From contig OZ037845.1 in the NCBI GenBank assembly GCA_964035575.1, forward strand, positions 744,001 through 808,000: 64,000 nucleotides of DNA, in the 5' to 3' direction. Shown here in pieces: positions 58,341 through 64,000 of the stretch. The first letter of the stretch is position 1. Every line of letters starts with the position of its first letter. The translations under genes and the position numbers were made by a program. The notes under the pieces were generated by a model. The model searched no databases. It saw only the letters and a program-made list of their open reading frames with translations, and was not told the DNA's origin. This DNA comes from Rhynchopus sp. YZ270_cl-10. Taxonomy: Eukaryota.

Positions 58341-58909
58341 CTGTGGGTAATGAGGGCAGGGGAGGGGAGAGGAGGCGGGGGTGATAAAGGGAAAAGGGAG
58401 AAGAGGGGATGAGGGGATGAGGGGAGGTAACTTTTTTTTTTGTCTAAGATATAGTCTAAAAAAGGGATTGTGGTGGTAGCTATTGCCACAAAAAAAATGC
58501 GTTGGTTTAAATTGATCCTCACCTTTGGGGGTAAAGGGAAGGGTTTTTTTTGTGTATAAACCCCACTCAGAATGCGGGACAGGCTAGGAAAAGTACTTAT
58601 AGATGGTAAACCTCCTCAACACCTCATTTGAAGTGAAGAGACTCCCCCTCTTTTGAGAATCGTTCAAATCGTTCAATTGGGGGTGAAAAAGATAAGAAAA
58701 CTTAAAAGATGAATGTGCGCCTCTCATGCACACACAGACACATTGGGGCCATATTCTGCGCAAGAAATTACCCCCTATTAGTTATCAAAACACACACACC
58801 CCCATCTTGATTAAAAAAAAAACTAGGTAATCAAATAGAGCCTTTTCTCAACTCTTACCAGAATATTCCTCCACCTCCACCTTCCCCCTCCCTCTCTCCC
58901 CCCTTCCAC

Positions 58910-61900
58910 TCACGACACCCTTTGCAATGAGTGCACTACATCCCGCTGCACCAGGTGAGAATGCGGCACGGAAGAGACGAAAGACACACCACTACCACCA
59001 CCACCTCCTCCTCCTCCTCCTCCTCCCCCATATGCATTGGTCTGGCTGCAGGAGTGGTCACGCTCCTTTTCCATGAAGAGGAGAGCTGCGTTGAACTCAT
59101 CGCGTTGCCACTGTGCACGCTGTGCCTCAAATGCGGAACCCGCCTGAGAGAGATCCTCTGAATAGCTGTGCTGCCTGCTCCGCCGTTGGGATACTGCAGA
59201 TAGCTCTAGAAGCTCCGTTTTCTTTTTGTTGATATTCTGTTTTTCAACCGAATTTTCCCGCCGACGGAGGGAACGTAGTGCCGACACCTCCTCCTCTTCT
59301 CTGTGCAATTCTCTTATACGGCGACGATGCGCGCGCCCTGCAGCTTCCTCCTTTTTGCGCAACTCATCTTCAAATTTTGCAGCCTCCTTCGCACGCTTCT
59401 GCATGGCACGTCGTCTCTCCGCTTCGTTCCTCTTTTGCAGAGCTTCGTCTTCTAGAGCCGCTTTTTTTCTCTCCTTTTCTAGTGTTCTGCTTTGTAACGA
59501 CTTCATTCTCGCTTCGTGTTCAGCAATCTTCCTTTTTTGCACAGTTTCCGCGACTTCCTGCTGTGTCAACTCCTCCGCCAACCATTTCTCCTCCTCTTTA
59601 TCCCAATCCCGATCATGATTCATGACATAACGTACAAACATATCCAACTGCCGATGCGCTTTCTGTGCATATCTCACCCGATCTGCTTCAATGTCATTAA
59701 TGGTTTCGAGTCTTCGTTGTAACCGCTTTCCTAAGGCAAATCTTTTTCCTGCAGAAATTGCTTCTTTTTCTCTCCGTTCTGCATCCACCACAGCCATTGC
59801 CTCTGCCTCTGCCTCTAGTCGAATCCGCTCTTTTTCTTCTAAGAATGCTGCGGTTCGTTTGCAATGTGCGGTGCTTGTCTCTTTTCTTGACCAATATGCG
59901 GCAAATACCTTAGTGATAGTCTGTCGTGCAGCGCGTCCACCCGCTTTGCATAGGAGGTGTAGTGCAGGAACCATGCTAGGTAGTATGTACACTGCTTCAT
60001 GTGAACCTACCTGTACTGCTTCTTCGAGGGAGTGGCCAGCATAGCGGTGTGCGCTCCTGCTGTGAAGGTGTACGATGCGTCGGCGGATTTCTCTGCACAT
60101 TTCGAGGTAGGTGCGAGGTGGAGCCTTAGGAGCTTGGTTATGATACGGTGCACACATAATAGGCAAAAATTTCATTGCAAAGGACCGATGCGACATCGCC
60201 TGCGGGGAAGCCTTCTGCAGAAGCACCGCGGGGAGCACCGCATTGCTCCGCAGCTGCGACAACACGACACGCCCATCAAAGAGCCCAGCACGCTTTTGCG
60301 TATTCGGCTTAATACATCTTACAAAACACACTGCGCTGTCCTCTAACACAGAAGACAGCTCTTTCAATGATTCACGAAATGTCTTCGAATTTAACACCTC
60401 CGCCCCTACAGCACTGCCTTCTAGTATACGCTTTACATCTGGAAGGGAGGAGCGTGTTGCTAAAGCAATGCGAGCTTCGTTGCGGAGAGGTGCCTTATTT
60501 TTGGAGATAAAACCATCAACATTGTAGGTGACGTCGCCAGCGTAATGAGAGACGGCGATGTGGATGGGTGCGGTTGGGGTGGTGGTGGTGTGGGAGCGGT
60601 GGGTGCGTAGCTTTGGGACAGAGAAGAAGGGGTTGAGGCGTTGTTGCTGTGGGCCGACGTAGGTCGCAGAGAGCTTCTCGTGGAACATTGTGTCGGTGAT
60701 GGGGTGCTTCGCTGAGAGGATGCATTCGTCCTCTAGGGCGCGAAGGATCCCTTTGCGTTCGTTCGCGATGAGGTCGACACATCCCGCATTATCCTCGTAT
60801 CGTGGAAGAACGTCGTCTCGGAATGCGACGCCGTCATGTGCCATTTTTTCCTCCAATCTTTTGAACACAGAGTCAACATACAAAGACTGCACCTTCTCAT
60901 TCGCAAAGTTCACCAGAAACTGCTCAAAATAATTCTCCCCTTTTACCTTGGAATTCCCACGCACCTCTCTGAAATCCTCATAGCCAAATAAATCTAACAA
61001 TGCGACCCTCCCCAACGCACTGTGCCTCGCCTCCCCCGCCTTTAACTCTTTGTTGATAAGCTTCACAATGTACTGCACCAGACTCAGGTACACATGCTGT
61101 TGTAACCCTGCCCGAGCAGATTCAGCTTGCTCTACGGTGTTATGCGTTGTAATGACACCATTGCCAGACCGATCCCGTACCGTAACGTGAAGGAGCAGAC
61201 CCTCAAGGATGGGGGTGGGGATCCCTAGGTTCGTAGCTGCCAGAGAGACAGCCTCGTTGCCGAGACGGTCCACGCCTGCAGAGGTGCCTTCGCCGCCATC
61301 CTGTGCAGGGTTTTCTATGAAGGTAATATTCGACAAATTCAACACCGCAGCCACCAAAGGGAAGATCCCTTCTCTCTGCTGGACGGCGTCCACCCCAAGA
61401 GTCGTCAGTCCTGCACAGAGACGACGCCAGTTTCCCGTATCAGATACTCCCCTAGCAAGGTTGCTGCTCCCCGGGTTCAGACACGCAAAATCCTGTGCAC
61501 GAAGAGTCTCGCTCCCAAGAAGTGCTTTGCGTGTGGACTTCTCCGCGCCTTTGAGGAATGCGTAGAATATATGAAAATTGCGGTCCGTCTTTGCGTGCCG
61601 GACCACCCTAGAGTGTTCAAACAGAAAGGTCTCAACAGACGCCCCTGCAAGCACCCCACGGCCCCCTTCTTTCCCTTTTCCTATATACAATGAAACGAGC
61701 TTTCCAAAACGCGAGGAATTATCGTTTCGCGCGGTTTTGGCGTTGCCGAGTACTTCTAGGACGTCATCTGCTGCGGAAAGCACTTGCGCAAGAGAATCTC
61801 CTTTATTTGCCACACCACAATGCCTCGCAAGGTAGCGCAACACCCCACGCGCCGTCTCTGTCTTACCTGCACCACTTTCCCCGGTAATGACCAACGTCGT

Positions 61901-62374
61901 ATTCGGCGTCTCCGTCCCACCCCCTGCAACACGCTCTAAAGCGTTCTTTGCGAACCCGCAGGGATGCGAACTCAGGTGGTCCTCCTCCTCCCCCCCTTCC
62001 ACCTTTGGATACAGCCGCTCTAAGGAGTATATCCCACCCCCAGGAATGTCCACTGTGTACGGATTCATCACCAGCCTTGTGTTCGCAGAGATGCTGAGAG
62101 TGTAGCGGCTCTGTTCATATGCACGCCGGACTGCGTGGAGGAGGGTGGCTTCGTGGACAGAGGGGACGTCGCAGAGGTTGTCATAGTCGGTCTCTGTCAC
62201 AGCAGCCTCGTCTGGGACAACGTGGATCTGCTCTGCACTGCATTCGGCCATCTCCGGTGCCACGGTGACCACGGTCCCTTCACCAGCACCATGTACCGAT
62301 GCTACCCGTCCCACACACCATCCTTCCTCCGCATCAACCCGCAGTACCAAACCCCCAACCATCAAACCCTCCAT
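58910..62374 (-). CDS. Divergent myosin (motor domain plus charged E/R/K-rich tail, ~1154 aa)
   Basis: GESGAGKT, LGNAKTARNDNSSRFGK, RNFHIFY, DLFGYE, FEQFLVNFANEKVQ, HYAGDVTY, FVRCIKPN; first plausible ATG at MEGLMV. Confidence 0.93.
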   Translation of the reverse strand: MEGLMVGGLVLRVDAEEGWCVGRVASVHGAGEGTVVTVAPEMAECSAEQIHVVPDEAAVTETDYDNLCDVPSVHEATLLHAVRRAYEQSRYTLSISANTRLVMNPYTVDIPGGGIYSLERLYPKVEGGEEEDHLSSHPCGFAKNALERVAGGGTETPNTTLVITGESGAGKTETARGVLRYLARHCGVANKGDSLAQVLSAADDVLEVLGNAKTARNDNSSRFGKLVSLYIGKGKEGGRGVLAGASVETFLFEHSRVVRHAKTDRNFHIFYAFLKGAEKSTRKALLGSETLRAQDFACLNPGSSNLARGVSDTGNWRRLCAGLTTLGVDAVQQREGIFPLVAAVLNLSNITFIENPAQDGGEGTSAGVDRLGNEAVSLAATNLGIPTPILEGLLLHVTVRDRSGNGVITTHNTVEQAESARAGLQQHVYLSLVQYIVKLINKELKAGEARHSALGRVALLDLFGYEDFREVRGNSKVKGENYFEQFLVNFANEKVQSLYVDSVFKRLEEKMAHDGVAFRDDVLPRYEDNAGCVDLIANERKGILRALEDECILSAKHPITDTMFHEKLSATYVGPQQQRLNPFFSVPKLRTHRSHTTTTPTAPIHIAVSHYAGDVTYNVDGFISKNKAPLRNEARIALATRSSLPDVKRILEGSAVGAEVLNSKTFRESLKELSSVLEDSAVCFVRCIKPNTQKRAGLFDGRVVLSQLRSNAVLPAVLLQKASPQAMSHRSFAMKFLPIMCAPYHNQAPKAPPRTYLEMCREIRRRIVHLHSRSAHRYAGHSLEEAVQVGSHEAVYILPSMVPALHLLCKAGGRAARQTITKVFAAYWSRKETSTAHCKRTAAFLEEKERIRLEAEAEAMAVVDAERREKEAISAGKRFALGKRLQRRLETINDIEADRVRYAQKAHRQLDMFVRYVMNHDRDWDKEEEKWLAEELTQQEVAETVQKRKIAEHEARMKSLQSRTLEKERKKAALEDEALQKRNEAERRRAMQKRAKEAAKFEDELRKKEEAAGRAHRRRIRELHREEEEVSALRSLRRRENSVEKQNINKKKTELLELSAVSQRRSRQHSYSEDLSQAGSAFEAQRAQWQRDEFNAALLFMEKERDHSCSQTNAYGGGGGGGGGGGGSGVSFVSSVPHSHLVQRDVVHSLQRVS

Positions 62375-62546
62375 CGTAGAGGGGGGAGGGGGAGGGAGGG
62401 AGTACTGTATGGGGGTGGATGAAATGTTGTTGAGAAGAAAAAAAAGAGAAGTTGAAAGTGTACATCCGGCCGAAGAATTGTTTTCTAGAAAAATGGTAGC
62501 AAGAAAGCCATCTCTGGAAAGAGATGCAAAGAGATGGGGGGAAATA

Positions 62547-63446
62547 TCAGCAAATCCACTCAGAGCTTTTGAGGGACGAGAGGGCACGATGCTTTCGGGA
62601 GGGGTGGTTTTGGTGCTGCGCCTTTCTCGCCGCACCTACCGGGGAGAAGTATACACTAAGGTGCTCCAGGTATTGTGTGTGCCGTGGATGCACCCCTCTT
62701 CCACCCCCTACCTCTCTGGTAACGACTTGCCTGTCATGATGGCCTGGTATGTCACCCCGTTGCCTTCTTCTTGCAACTTCTGTGTACACTGCCAACTCGG
62801 AAAGCAAAGAGGATTGCTCCTTGTTGAAATCCAGGGTTTCTTGACTGGAATGTCCACCCCCAATTGAATCTGCCCATTGCATTTTAGAGGGTTTCGTCAG
62901 CGCCCTCGAGACAACCACCGCTCGCTTTGTGTCTGCAGCAATGTGTTTCTTCTTCTTCTTCCTTCGCGACACCACCACCCCTCCCGGCTCCTCTCCTGCA
63001 ACCCACTGTGCAAACCGCGCTGCAGCTGCCCCACCACCTTCATGAATTTTTTTGTGAACCAGAGGTGCATGGGAAGCAGCACCGATAGGTGGAGGTGTAG
63101 GTCGCTCCAAAGCTTCCAAAGGAGGCAGCCGTGCGGACCCTGGACGTGGTACATTTTTGACACGCCTCTGTGCAACAGAATGCAACGTTGTCAAAAAATT
63201 CGTCGTCCCAACAGGCAATTCCACCGCAGTGCTCGCACTCTGCGTATCCCCAGCCCCATCCACCTTCGCCCCCAAGGTACACCGCGACCCACTCCCCTTC
63301 CTCAAATAATACAACCCCATATACAATGAACGGTCCGCAATTGCCTTCAGACTCGCCTGTACTAAGGTTTCGATTCCATGAAGCACATTAGGGGTGGTGC
63401 CTGTGTGGCTAGAAGGAAGTGGCGCTGATGCAAAAGGCCCTAGCAT
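62547..63446 (-). CDS. Hypothetical protein (299 aa)
   Basis: ATG-initiated 900-nt ORF on the same strand as all neighbouring genes, with a basic RRKKKKK stretch; no recognisable domain. Confidence 0.5.
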   Translation of the reverse strand: MLGPFASAPLPSSHTGTTPNVLHGIETLVQASLKAIADRSLYMGLYYLRKGSGSRCTLGAKVDGAGDTQSASTAVELPVGTTNFLTTLHSVAQRRVKNVPRPGSARLPPLEALERPTPPPIGAASHAPLVHKKIHEGGGAAAARFAQWVAGEEPGGVVVSRRKKKKKHIAADTKRAVVVSRALTKPSKMQWADSIGGGHSSQETLDFNKEQSSLLSELAVYTEVARRRQRGDIPGHHDRQVVTREVGGGRGVHPRHTQYLEHLSVYFSPVGAARKAQHQNHPSRKHRALSSLKSSEWIC

Positions 63447-64000
63447 AGTGAAAAATCAACGAACCATAGAGGGCGGGGGTGGTATCATTGCTTTGAGAGG
63501 TATAGAAAGAATGGCAAGAAATGTGTGTTGTAAGTGTTCCTAGTGGATGTGGGGTTTGATATTAGAGGGAAATTCGGTGCAGAGAAAGGAATGTTTATAA
63601 GATGACCCTAAGCCTCTTTAGAGAAATGGTGGTTACGCATGGCTTCGGCTGACCTAACAAAAGTACATATAAATGTTGGGTGATGGCATAAGCCCGGTAA
63701 AAGAAGGGGGAAAAAAGTAGAGTCGAAATACAAAAGCCCTCTCGTGAACAGTGTACCTTGGTTGACCGGCTGTACTGGGGTGGGCCAATCATGCAGTCCA
63801 TCCATTTCGTGGTTTACATCTGATATGTGCTACTCCCGCTTCCACTCATCAGTCAGATGAACGGGGATCATTGCGAACAGAGTATTAGGTCTAAGACAAA
63901 TTGGGAGGGGAGCGTAAAGCAAAAATTTGGAGATAAATGGGAGGAAAGATACTGGGTGAAAAGTGGCTACCACTGTGGGAAGAGTCTCGCAATACTTAGC

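Overview
Eukaryotic genomic DNA, most likely from a euglenozoan. A kinetoplastid-type CLK/KKT10 kinase together with short GT-AG cis-introns points to a diplonemid-like organism (inference). Every supportable gene is on the minus strand, as in a polycistronic directional gene cluster. From left to right: (1) a divergent TBP-like factor, missed by the ORF track because it runs off the window; (2) a near-identical 9-copy tandem array (~1.35-26.0 kb) of a secreted Cys-rich protein with 3-5 internal 88-aa repeats; (3) a two-exon Cys/His zinc-finger-like gene; (4) a 5-copy array (~27.6-39.2 kb) of a probably GPI-anchored protein with two CUB-like domains; (5) a small Cys-rich membrane protein; (6) a ~2386-aa type-I membrane protein with ~17 cadherin/bacterial-Ig-like repeats; (7) the CLK kinase; (8) a Kelch protein; (9) a divergent myosin; (10) a hypothetical ORF. 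The most intriguing unexplained signal is intergenic: about 15 copies of a strand-biased ~33-nt motif, most folding as a hairpin whose two subfamilies have different self-complementary stems around the same loop. Several copies belong to a larger modular dispersed element.
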